Assembly: GCA_030704615.1 (NCBI GenBank)
Contig: CM060733.1
Coordinates: 71,796,001-71,860,000, forward strand
Length of the DNA stretch: 64,000 bases
Source: Takakia lepidozioides
Taxonomy: Eukaryota > Plantae > Bryophyta
Direction of reading: 5' to 3'
The translations under genes were made by a program, and so were the position numbers. Shown here in pieces: positions 22,601-34,507 of the stretch; the first letter of the stretch is position 1, and each line of letters opens with the position of its first letter. The notes beneath the pieces are model-generated. The model had not been told where the DNA came from. It searched no databases and worked only from the letters and a program-made list of their open reading frames with translations.

Positions 22601-25600
22601 CTCAAAACTCCGGATGTGAATGTCGTCAACGCCATTCAAGGACATTATCAATTCTAATCAGGGACACTATAATTACACCCTAGATCCTAACCAGGTGAAT
22701 TCATATACTCGCTTAAGAATGACTCAGACAAAGAAGTGAATGTCGTCAACGACATTCAATCTGGATCTATGATTGCAATCCTTATGAAGCCACATTTTTT
22801 CCCAAAAAAAGCAGTAGAGTTTCAAGTATGACATTGCACCTGTACACAACTCGCATCATGGCCCACTCTCCTCCAACCTGACTGTCAAAGTCGTTGGACC
22901 GTAAAATGTTACCATCTTTGGAGAACTCCCGGAAAAAACAGTATCTCCAGGTGAGACCTCTCCACTTCCTTATGTATGCCTCCAATGACATTTGGGGAGG
23001 GGAAACAATCGAAATGTTCAGGTCCTTCAAAGTCTGATCCAGCACAATGACGGCGCGCTTTTCGAGCTGCAAATTGTATATTTGTCAGAATTGCAAATAA
23101 GATACTCATCACATACTTGAAGAGAAGAAAACGGCATGTTTGAATACACACCTGACTCCAAAATGTAGCCTTGTGGAGCCAGTTATCAAACACCAAATCA
23201 CTGATTCCTTCCACCTTTGTGCCAGGCTGTATGGTGCTCTTTGGGAACTGATTCAAGTCCTTTACTGTTTGATCTGAGTTCCATATCTCCAGCCACCTTA
23301 TTTTTGTTTGTGGGTCGACCATCGATATGGCCAGCCGGTGCAATTTCTCCTGCTGCATCTCCGGATGCACATGCTTGTCATAGTGTGTTTTGATCTGCTG
23401 AAGGAACTCAGGACCAAGTCCAGGATCTACTATTCTAAGCTGCTTTCCGAAGGCGGACATCAATTTGGTTCTTCGCATTTCAAACTCCTTCTTTATTGCA
23501 GCTTCCACACCCTTTGATGTCCTTAGTTCCTCTGGTGTAGTGCGGTAATATTCGGATTTTCCCTTCTCAGCTGCCTCTGCCAGTTCTTGCTGCATTGATT
23601 CAAGTAGTGATTAGCTCCGAAGGGACTACAAACATGTATTCGAAAAGTAAACAGAGTACAGACTCGGGCTTACCGCATACATGTACTCCAGAAACGCCTC
23701 TCGTGTCAAAGAATACCAAGTGCCTGCAGCTCTTCCTGTTTCGCACTTCTTGATGATATTGGGTGGTAGTACTGTCCGAAAATCATCCAGCTTCATCAGA
23801 CCAATCCTCTGAATTCGGAATAGTGTGTGAACCAAGCTTGTTGTCACATGCGATTTCTCTGTCGATCTGCAAAAACATTGGAAACATTGCATTCCTTAAC
23901 ACTGTTTTTTGAGGATTAATAAGACACTACAGAGGGAATGAAATCTCCTGGATGACTTACTTGTTCACGTCGTGCATAGCTGTAAGAAGCCTAGCGATGT
24001 CGTTTCCAGGATCCAAAACCATTGCCTCCACAGCAACATGCTTGTCTTTGTCTTTCGCATGGTGTTTCTGAATGTATCCCATCCATGCCAGCAATCGGTG
24101 GTTGCCGTCCCAGACGTAGAACATGTGGTTGCAGAATTGCTGGGTGTTCTTTCCCATCATGAGGCCCAGCTCGAACTCCTCATTGGCATCTTTCCAGCAC
24201 TCATCCCAGTTATCACTGATCTCTGGAGACACTAATGTGCTTTTCCCATTTATATCCGTCAGTGACACATAAAAAACTTGTGCACCAAGTCTATATCCAT
24301 GCACAAAATCACTCTCCAATTTTGTTATGTCATGGGAAAGAGGTGGACGCACAACAGGCATTGATATCATCCGGCACAGAGGGATGTCCAGACGCCCTCC
24401 AGATACGAGCATGTCCCTTATAACCTCCTGAGAGTTTACCTTCTGGAATGACATGAGTTCTTTCACCTTGTCAAGGTAGTGCACTTCAGATTCATCTGCT
24501 TCATCTGTATTCTCTGAGCTTTTTGCGGACTCGTCCCCATCTCCAGATCCTTTCCCCTCTGATCCTGTAGGCTTCGACCTCACAGTTTTCTGCACGATGC
24601 CATTCAGTTCTGACTGAGTAATTTGCAAATAGTGAATGGCGGTAACGACCATCACTCTGTCTCAAAGAAACTCACTATGAATGGTGTGAAACAATTCAGC
24701 ACAATCTACACAAGCAAAGCTGATACTGCCGTATTCAAAACAAAAGCGAGAGCGATAGCGAACGGCGTTAACGACAATCACAAAAGATAACGACCTGCCG
24801 GATCGGTGTTGTGTAATGACATCTATGTGCAAGTGATTGGCGGCAACGACATTCAGTATAGTTTAGGGCGGACAGTAAGTGCAGATTATTCAGATTGACT
24901 CCACTGTGATTACCGTCGCCAGCATGGGAAGAGGAAGGACTGCTTGAAAGGCAATCAGACAGACTGTATGGTCTGAACAACGATGATTGACGTATGCCGA
25001 CCCTCACTCTCTCTTCAAACACATAGGTACATAAATCTCATGAGGAGAATCGAATGGCGTTAACGACGCTCGCAATTCAGTAGTTCCTGCTAAAGAAGGG
25101 AAGAGGAAGGACTCCTTGAAAGGCAATCAGACAGACTGTATGATCTGAACAACAGTGAATGACTGTACCGATAGTCACCCACTCATTGTGCGGTAAACCC
25201 TTAGCAGAGGAGTAGAAAGCAAATCACCTTTGTGATGGTCGGTAGCGACAATCCCTGTCTGGGACATTCCACTCAATCTCTACGCATATCTTCAACAATG
25301 AAATGTAAGTTAGATAAAACTTACTGGCGCCTTCTTAGGTTTTGAAATTGGATCCCCTTCTGCAGCTTTCCTCTTCCCTCTCACATCTGCTGGAATTTCT
25401 GTCTGCTCTAGGGTTTCTGGACCTTCTCCCGGTTCGGCGTTCCGCGTGCTTCCACCTCCTTCAGTGTCCCTGCGAATCATCTCTGCCTCCACAGGCTGGC
25501 GCACTCTTATCGCCGACTGTGTCACAGCCGCTGCCTCAGTCTCCGTCTGCTCTTCTGAATCAGTCTCCGCGTTCACCTGCTGCCTTGGCCCTGTGTTCTC

Positions 25601-25720
25601 CAACAAACGACGCCTCGTCATTTGCTCTCTTGCTCTGCGTCTCTCTCTAAGGGAAGTAAAATAAAGAGACTTTCTTCTCTTTCGTATTGTAGAAGGAACC
25701 CTCTCCAGCTTGACTACCAC
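19695..25720 (-). CDS. Multi-exon gene: basic N-terminus, ParB/Srx-like domain, helical region, Lys-rich linker, beta-class N6A/N4C DNA methyltransferase-like domain (outer boundaries approximate)
   Basis: Approximate exons: 25325-25720, 23961-24628 (FYVWDGNHRLLAW), 23670-23867, 23152-23595, 22840-23068, 21250-21899, 20797-21136 (ADIVILDIPDG), 20320-20612 (EKSRAFMQILLESCSHRSARVVDLFVSTG), 20030-20222 (ATYHACKAGGRSLFGMEGD), ~19695-19950. Confidence 0.75.
22038..22760. repeat. Six hairpins GTGAATG(T/G)CG-TCAA-CG(A/C)CATTCA in three ~270-320 bp units, intronic
   Basis: Copies at ~22038, 22144, 22304, 22410, 22615 and 22734. Confidence 0.9.
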
Positions 25721-26477
25721 TCTCTCTCTAAGCGCGAAAAGTAGAAAAACGCAGTGACTCCCGATTTCTTGCGGGATTGCCTGCGTTCTTGCGTGTCTCT
25801 AGAAGCATCGGATTCCCTCTCGCGTGACCGTTACACATAGTCGTTCCCTTATTAGTGCACATGCCAGCAATTGGTGTACAGCTGTTCGTATTCAGTTATG
25901 GATGTCTGACGTGTGTCGCCCAAAATAAACGGCGTGTTCTTTATTAGAACGGTTTCAATATTTAAAAATAACAGCGAATCCCAGAAATCTTGGCGCACAG
26001 TCTTACACAAATAAATGTAAATGAACGAGAGTTTGATGACAAATCTTGGAATATCATACACGGTCATCCTTGTTAGCCAAACCCCACATTCGTTTCACAT
26101 TTGGAACTTTCCAGGTGCGCATGATCATTGGTAGTAGTATAAAGATACATTTACTTAATCTGCAATCCCATCCTCAGATCCTGTGGCATGCTTCCAGGAA
26201 GTCGGCTTTGTTATTGGGTTTATTGATGAGGTTCTGGTTAACGGTTTAACAGCTGCCGACACTGCTCCTAGGGATACTCTGACCACTGGGCCCACAAGAA
26301 AAGTAATTAAAATGGACGGCTGCATATCTGGAAAGAATAACATAATATGCACAGTCGTTGTCTGAGCTTCCTCCGCCATATTCTCTGCTCATTCTTCAAC
26401 TGTGTTCTGGAGACATCAGTAAACCGATTTACACTAGATCTGCGATAGCAAGGTACAAACGTACGCGAGGAAGGAAG
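25721..26477. promoter_or_regulatory. Putative bidirectional promoter region of the family B element
   Basis: Position between two divergent genes; no specific motif identified. Confidence 0.4.
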
Positions 26478-29400
26478 ATGGCTTCCTCTGAAGCGGAGTT
26501 CTTCTCTGACGACAAACCAGTGCCGTTCTCCCAGGAAGTCCTTGACAATGGATTTGCAATTGTTCTGGAACATGTCTTGGCTACCCGTTTTCAGCTGCAG
26601 AATGGCTCCATCTTTTTGGAGAAAGAGGTGTACGATCTTAAAGGGAAGTTGTTGAAATACTCTTTCCAAAACCGTGATGAGACGGCTCATATCAGCCAGT
26701 GGAGAGTGCGTCCTGGTCGATACAGAGTACTTGGAGAGCCTCGGCGAAAGTCCCTTGGGTCATATGTGACGCCCGGGACTGCTGCTTCGGTCGTTGAAGA
26801 CAAGAGGGAGGTGGTGGTGAAAAAAGAACAGACGTCCTCCACTCCAATCGTTGAGCTTTCGGATTCTTCCGATGATGACATAAGTGAAATTCCAAATCCA
26901 GTCCTTCCTACTGTGGTTGGAGAAGCTGATGAAGAAGAGATTTGTAGTGTCATTCCAAAATTGCGGGCGATGGGAGGAATGGCTGGATTCAAAAGTGAGT
27001 TGCGGGGAATTGATTGGGAATCTTTGAAGCAGGTGCCTGTGAAGTTCTTGCCGGAGACTTTTGATGGCGATATCCTATTCGAGCTGCCTCCTCCTCCGCG
27101 AGTTGGAGGTGTAACAATCATGATGCATGGAATGGACAAGAAACACGACGGGCACCCGTGGTGCAGAACAAAAACATCCAATATTCAGAATGATGACAAG
27201 CTTGTTTTCAGGAGGACAGTTTGCAATGGACACCTTAGGTGTGATAATTTGAATTGCAGACACTTTCTTCAGTCTGGGGTTCATAATCAAAGCGAATGGG
27301 AGGGTCTGGCGGAAAATCCATTTCAGCCTGGGACTGCCCCTCCACCGGCAAACACTTTCGTCTGCAAATTCTGCAAACTTGTGCCATCCTGCTTGGCGCT
27401 CTGCGGAGCAAGAATGTACTATGTTGTCCACCGTTTGAAAACAATGACAAGAGCTTGTGTGCATTTCGGATTCCATAACCATCCTGTCTCGAAGGGGGAT
27501 TACAGGGAGAGTGTTGAGACAGTATCGAGGTTGATTAAACAGGAGTTCGGGAGAAACCCATCCGCAACAACATCTGCAATTGCTCTTGGCGCAAGCAAGT
27601 CCTTCTTGGAAAGCCATATTTTGAGTGAAGGGGATTCTGTGGGGACTAAACTTGACGGTGCAGCATTGGACCTGGTCATGGATCATTTCTCCACTTTAAG
27701 TTCACCTAACATTCGGCATCAGATCAATGCATTGAGAATGGGCTCTGGGATCAGAGGCTACATAGACAATATTTTGGAATTGAAACGAGTGAGCAAGTAC
27801 GATTACATCCAGGACAATGTATTCCCAGGTCAAGGTGCCATCAAAGTTTTTCTTTTCAAAATGTCGACTGTTGGGGAGGGCAGTGGGGTTAGCCTCGTGA
27901 AGCGGATGCAGAAGACTGGGGACTTGCAGAACTGTTTTCTTATGTTTGATCATGTGAAACGAGTGAAGGATTGGACGACAATGGCTTGTCATGTCTACGA
28001 TCCAGTGTACCAACGAGTTATGACAATTGCAGTTTGTGACATGCAATCCGAGGATACGGAATCCCAGAAGCTCATGTGGAATTCCCTGATACGTGTCATG
28101 GGCTGCCATCTCCAAATTTCGCAGGTTTCATGGCGGATAGTGCTCAAGCAAATTTCAATGCTGTTCGTATTGTCTTCGGATCGGGCGACCCAAAAGTGCC
28201 AATGCAGGAAGAGAGCGTACATGTCTATTCCATTGGACACAATCTCTGGAAAAACATACAAAGTCGGACATCAAACCAGAGATGCAGACTCAGCACCGTA
28301 AATTGTGCAAAGAGTACAAAGATGCTAGAACAATGAAGGAGGCGGACACTTTGTTCCAGACAATTCGTGCCTGGTGGTTCTCTTCTGGAGCTGCATCACT
28401 TGAGAGTATGAGAGCATTGGAAGATTGGCTGGCGTTTTGGCACTTCCGGTATAGACAGTGGGGAGCAGCCATGACAATGGTACGAGGCTTCTATTTCATG
28501 CTTTATTCATACATTTGCTTTCCATATTTTTGACTCATTGCTTTCTTTATGTTGTTTCCTGTGCACTGTTCTGAAGTGTGGTTATCCTCTTTGCAGAACA
28601 TGTCCATTGAGGAAATGGCGGACATGCCATCTTGCAATTTGGCAGAAACTGTGCACAACGCATGGTTGCAGCAGTCTGGGAAACGAGGTCGGGATTTGTA
28701 TGTGGCAACAACAGATGATTTGATACGTGCCTTGCAACAACAAACCCGATACCGTGATTTCTTACGAGGTGGGGTTGGTGGCAAGGGTCCGGACAAATGG
28801 GAGTTGATGTTGCGTGCTGCAAACAGATCTGGGGATCCAATCAAGATAGCACGGGCGGTGAGCATGTATGCCCAGGGAACGCCACTTGTTTCTAGAGTTC
28901 CACATCTTGAAGGGGAGGAGAGATTCGGCTCCTGTAAGAGGAAATTGAACACTCCACCTGGTTCGGATTCAGATTCCCACAGGGCAGACCGTGATAACTT
29001 CTCGAAGCCTCGTGTTCCCCTGCATGACAGCTCCATGTCCGGAACCTCCATTGTGGAGGAACCTCCAACACGACGGCAAGCTCCAGCATCAAACAGTGCC
29101 ACTGAAATGGTGCAGGAGAGAAACAACCCCCTTGATGTGCTTGAGTCCGCATGCCCCGACCACGTTTGGCACATAGAACGCACAAGTGTAGGGTCTCGTG
29201 TGAAATGTACAGCGATCAGGGCAACTAATTTCGAGAAGTGCACTTCATCTATATCCAGAGGTGGTGCCCGAACTCCTGCTCCGACTTTCACGGGCTTGAT
29301 GCGTCCATACGGTCAACCAGAAGCCAAGAACCACAAGTTCTGGTTCTGCGCAGATGATTGTGCCAGATGTGTGCATGGAACTGTGCGTCCTTCCGTAGTG

Positions 29401-29972
29401 ATGAAGCCATCTCCTCCAACCGTTTGGCCCGTGAAGGTGGGAACACATCTCAGCTTTCAGGAGATTGAAATGCTGGAGGAGGCAGGTTTTTCCCTTGCGA
29501 GACAACCCCAACTCCATGCATGTGCTACTACTTCTGCGTCCCCCCGGCAAATCCTGACTTGTGGCCAACCAAACGAGATGGAAAGCTCGTTCGGCGTTTC
29601 CCTCCAACCGCTGAACACTTTGGCAAAGTGGAGTCCGCAAGAATGCTCCAAGCTCGTGTTGGAAGCACCACGGAAGTACCCGATCCAGGATATGGTCGGG
29701 TATTCACAATCATCACTTCCACATCTGCTGTTCATGACAGGACCTACGACATCACGGTTTCCAATTTCCCCAATTGCACATGTCCTGATTTTGTGAATAT
29801 GCTATCAACCAGTTTGGGCAAGAGAGGTAAATTCATACCCTGCAAACATTTGTATTTCATATTTTTGAGGAGGATGGTTTGCGATCCCAAACGTGACAAC
29901 TTCATTCACCAGGCCACTATGAGTTTCAACGAGGTCGATACTCTTTTGCAGCGGGATACAACACATGGGTAG
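26478..29972 (+). pseudogene. MULE-type DDE transposase (family B) with GCM-like domain and C-terminal SWIM finger; about 3 frameshifts; intron 28480-28596
   Basis: HDGHPWCRTKTSN..CNGHLRCDNLNC..CKFC..C..HFGFHNH; FLMFDHVKR; AGFMADS; CLFHW; CNLAETVHN; CTCPDF..PCKHLY; frame changes at ~28100, ~28210 and ~29510. Confidence 0.9.
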
Positions 29973-30565
29973 CATGAACTATGTAATGTGGTATGTGGAT
30001 GACCATGATTTGAAATGTGTAATTCACATCAATTCGTCGGCTGTGCAATGATATGGCCTCCAACTATACGGAGTGAGCTCTGAGTGACAACTTTTAGGTA
30101 GTGCACATTTGTCATTGCACCGTTCGAAGTCTACATGTCTTGCTGTCGCTATGCACTACAATCATCTTTTGAAGATGATCCTAACTCTCATTGTTATTTG
30201 AGGAGGAGGAAGGTCTTCCCGTGGCAGCCTTTATGGCGCACACTTTGTGAGGATATTTTGTCGTCCTCGTAATTGTAAAAGTGAAACAAGCATTTGTAAT
30301 TGCACAATGTTGGATGCTGCAATTGTAGGCCTCAACGCTCGTCTTGATTCTATTTAGGCAAGATTCCTTGCATTAATTCCACGGTCATAGGACCATCCAC
30401 GGTTATAGGCGGCGCATGTTAATGCTGACGTGGCAGATGACGGACAGTGCCACGTCATCATTTACCGCCACATCAGCATGCTGACATGACGCTCACGCCA
30501 CGTCACTCCTGCGTGAGCGTACGCTCGCGCGCTCACGCGCAACGCTCACGCCATTGCGTCGTTGT

Positions 30566-32005
30566 GCTCAGAAGAGAGAAAAAAGATGATGAGGACTCTG
30601 AAGAGGAGTCAGATGAGGAAGAATAGCAAGAGCTCAAAATGAAGAGTAAGAAAAAGGAAAAGTTGAAGAGGGAAAACTATGAGAAAAGACTGGATGAGAT
30701 CTTGAAGAAGTATGCCACAGAGACTGCAACACATTGGAGGAAGGGTGTATGGTGTGCAAAATGCCAGAATGAAGGCCATACCACAGCTGAATGCCACATG
30801 AAGGAGAAACATTGTACTATCTGTAAAATGGATAATCATTCTACTGAGAATTGTTATTACAACAAAAGGACAGCTGCAAGAGAACCTAGGCAAGTGAGGG
30901 TGCATCAAGTGCAGCCCCAGCCAAGAAGAAACAATGATCAGGAACACTATGGTAGGCCTGGTGGATATAACAACGGTATGGCAGGGAGAGGTAATCCAAG
31001 AGGGAATTACCAATTGTAACCAGGCAGGACATCGCAAGGCAGCATGTCCATTCTGGATCAGACACCAGAATGAGATGATAGCTCATGTGAATGAGGGGCC
31101 GGTGGTGGCAGCTCACATGGTTAGGCCATGTTTTGTACCTGAAGTGAGTACAATGATAGTGACCAGAAGCAAAGCTAAACTAATACCTCCAGTGGATGAG
31201 GAAGAAGATAAGAATGAGGATGGTAGTGATGTGCCTGAAGATGATGAGGCTTGGAGAGATGAGAAGGAACTACACAGAGAAGTGGCTGACACCATAAGGG
31301 AAATGCAGAAGAATACTGATATCCATATGGCAGATTCTTCTGACTCTGATAGAGCATATGGAGAAGGTGCAGATGAAGTGAAGAAAGAAGCTGCATAAGT
31401 GCAGCGTAATGAAGGGACTCTGGTTGAAGTAATATGCCAGACCAAAGCTGAGATTACCATTGGAAAGTTATTGGCTGTGGTACCTCATTGTAGGCACAGG
31501 TTGTATCAAGCAATTAATCAGATTGCTCATGTGACAGAGAACACAGACCTGAACAGCAAGGTGACAAGCTATAATGTGAAGCCTGAAGGGCGAGAAACAG
31601 TCATGGACTTTGATGATTCTATGCCAGTAATCCAATTGAGAATTGGAAACACAGACTTGACTGATGTACTGATAGATGGAGGCTCAAGGGTGAATATTAT
31701 GACAGACCAATTAAGGCAGAAGCTTGGTCTAAATAACATGAAACCAGCCCCATTCACAGTAACAATGGCAGATCAAAGGAGTGTACAGCCATTAGGCTTG
31801 ATAAGAGGAGTAAAGATACAGATCCAGAAGATGATCTTTAAGATCACAGTGTCTGTGTTGAAAATGGATGATGTCATGGAAGCTTACTCCTTATTGCTGG
31901 GGCAACCATGGCTGAAACAGGCCAGGATATTCCATGACTGGAATTCCCAGTTACTGACTGTACATGATGGGAAGTACAAGATACAGGTCACCACTAAGAA
32001 ATCTA
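30566..32005 (+). mobile_element. Ty3/gypsy gag-protease fragment (continuation of 18945-19170), degenerate
   Basis: CAKCQNEGH and CTICKMDNH knuckles, VLIDGGS protease motif; homologous to 57630-59190. Confidence 0.95.
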
Positions 32006-32079
32006 GTCGACGATCTTGACATTCTGCAGACCTTGAAGCCCTCAAATCAAGGATGCCAAAAGAGAGATGGAGGATGAAA

Positions 32080-33259
32080 GAGGAAAGCTACGCCATGAGC
32101 TTGCTCACGTGAGCCTATGAGCCCAGGCTCACGATTGACCCACTAAGCGTGAGCTTGGGCGTCACGCTTAGTGGTCGTGAGCGTAGAGTGGTGCGGTATT
32201 AGAAAAGGGCCTATACCCGAGGACAAAAGCAGTCCTATTCCCGTGAGAATACTAGCAGCGCCATTTGGAAAATTAGAATCGTATTGGTGCATTATATGCC
32301 TATAATCAGGTGTGAGGACTTATGTGGGCGTTGACGACCACATAATTCCTAGACCTCACATATGTTATGTTATGATATGTTTTTGTTTTTTACTTAGAAG
32401 TTTTTACTTTTTATTGTATCATTTGGAGGATTTGCGGGAGATCCACAAATGTGTGGGCGTCCACACCCACATTGGTCTTTTTGAAAGTTTTGTTTGTTTG
32501 TTTTTTTGTGTTTTTTTTGTCATTGGAGGACTTGCGGAAGGTCCACAAATTATGTGGGCGTCAACGCCCACATAAGTCCTCACATTATATATATATACAT
32601 ACATACTTGGTTTTTTCTTTTTCTTTTTTTCGTGGTTTTGTCATTAGAGGACTTGCGGGAGGTCCACGCATTATGTGAGCGTCAGCATCCATATAAGTTC
32701 TCAGATTTTTTATTATTATGTTTATTTATTTTTTGATGTCATTGGAGGACTTGCGGGAGGTCCATGAATTATATGGGTGTCAACACCCAGATAAGAGGCA
32801 ATGAAGGCAAAGTAATAGGACATCCAAAATAAATATGACACCATGTGCAGTATCTCGTTGTTCAACACTGTAAACTCATCGTAGCTAAGAGTGTCCAAAG
32901 TTGAACTCACGCGAGCACAAACTGAGGTTTCGTCAGCAAAATTAGTTTATTAGTTTTTATTTATTTTTTATTTTTTGGTTTGTCTTTTTTAAGCTCTTGT
33001 CCAAAATTGAACTCACGTGAGCACAAAAACTTGGGTTTCGTCAGCGAAATTGGTTTTTGTGATTACATTTTTTTTCGCTTGACAGGCTGATGTGACCGAT
33101 GATGTCATTCAATCATGGGAAGAGGCGAATGCACGGAAATGCACGGAAATAGGTGAAATATCCACAGTCACGGGGCCCCCTTTCACAAGCTCACATGAGT
33201 CTGGCCAAGCTAACAGGCTCACATGAGCTCATGAGCAGGCTCACGAATTAGCATTCATC
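32080..33259. mobile_element. Non-autonomous element with family A/B-type termini and an internal hairpin array
   Basis: Ends GAGGAAAGCTACGCCATGAGC and (reverse complement) GATGAATGCTAATTCGTGAGC, followed by GTGAGC/GCTCAC clusters; five ATGTGGGCG-TCAA-CGCCCACAT-type hairpins at 32319-32795; no TSD seen. Confidence 0.6.
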
Positions 33260-34507
33260 TCCTACATCATATCAAAGGTTGAACCCACAATACCCAGCAA
33301 ATAGGAGGTGGGGGTAAGAGAGACAGAGGAGTGAGAATCAGACGATGCCCAAATGTCATGATCTTTGACGATCATGACTCTTGCTTGTATTCGTTCTATG
33401 TCTCCAAGCATGTCATTGTGTCACTCGGATGATTCAGAGATAGGTGATTGGAAAGCAAGAGATCAGAGTTCACAGATAGCATGTCGTGTTTGTCGTGATC
33501 GTCGACGATCACGATAATGCAAACTATCAAAGCCGTCTGTTTGAGAAGTGTTCCTACCATGGGCGTAGGCCTAGTTTCCAACAATTAGATAAAAGAAGTG
33601 TGGAATGTTCACAACCTTTCAATCGTTGTTTTAGAATACACTGCGGTTTGTTTTTGGGGAATGTAAGGTCTCTTGTTAAAGGTCCATGGCTCATATATAT
33701 GAATGTTTAGGAGGTCATGATCATCGACGATCATGACCTCTGTGAATGGGATTCTGACTTGCCAACGTGTTTTTGTAGAAGAAATGTAGGAGAAAGAAGC
33801 CACAGAAAAAATGTGAGAGGAGGCTGAGGAAGAGGGCGACAATGACAGCGACGACCCTGAGAAGGCCAGGCCACATTATTTAGACAAAGCCAAAGAGCTC
33901 ATGTCATACCAGAAGGTCAACTTGCAAGAAGTAATTCGGGAGATGATGGTGCCAGGAGGAAGACTCTAGATTCCACTCTGCCGAATGATCTCCATGCCAG
34001 TTGTGCGCCCTCCAATATCCCATGACATCACAAAGCTGGAGGCCAATTTTGCACATGGCCACTTCAACAAATTGTGGTTTTCATGACTGTCATTTATGCG
34101 CAGTCATGGCAAATCTGACTTCAAAATGCCATATGCAGTCGTGAAAGTCTTTGCAGTTGACACGTACTGGGGAAGTTGTATATGCGACTGTATGACTCCG
34201 CACTTTGCTCAACAGAGGTCAAACATGTTTGACCATAAACATTGACATGGCGGATATGACTACTAGTCACGGACACCACTATACTCGAATGACGTGTACA
34301 TATGGCTAGACGCACATATGACTTCATGACTTTGGCTGTTATGCATGCTGCCAGGTCAAGACATGGATGAATGACAATAGGACATAGACAAATGATTGAG
34401 TTCGTTTAGGGTTGCTAGGTCGCAGTGTGCAGGGCTGGGACTTAGTGTTTTTTGGGGTCTGCATCTTCTCAGTGCCAAAGCATCGTGATAGCAGGAACTC
34501 TAGGACA

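Larger units (their letters stand above)
19171..30565 (+). mobile_element. Family B complete 11.4-kb DNA transposon: GCM-MULE-SWIM transposase plus divergent ParB/methyltransferase-like gene
   Basis: Splits gag at GGATGCT|CAG (empty site visible at ~59183-59195, minus strand); GCT duplicated at 19168-19170 and 30566-30568; imperfect ~55-bp TIRs ACAGGGATGCCTCGGCGTGAGC.. and ACAACGACGCAATGGCGTGAGC.. Confidence 0.92.

Noticed and set aside
19171-30565. Bacterial or phage contamination as the source of the ParB-MTase
   Set aside because: GT-AG introns and insertion within a plant-type gypsy gag
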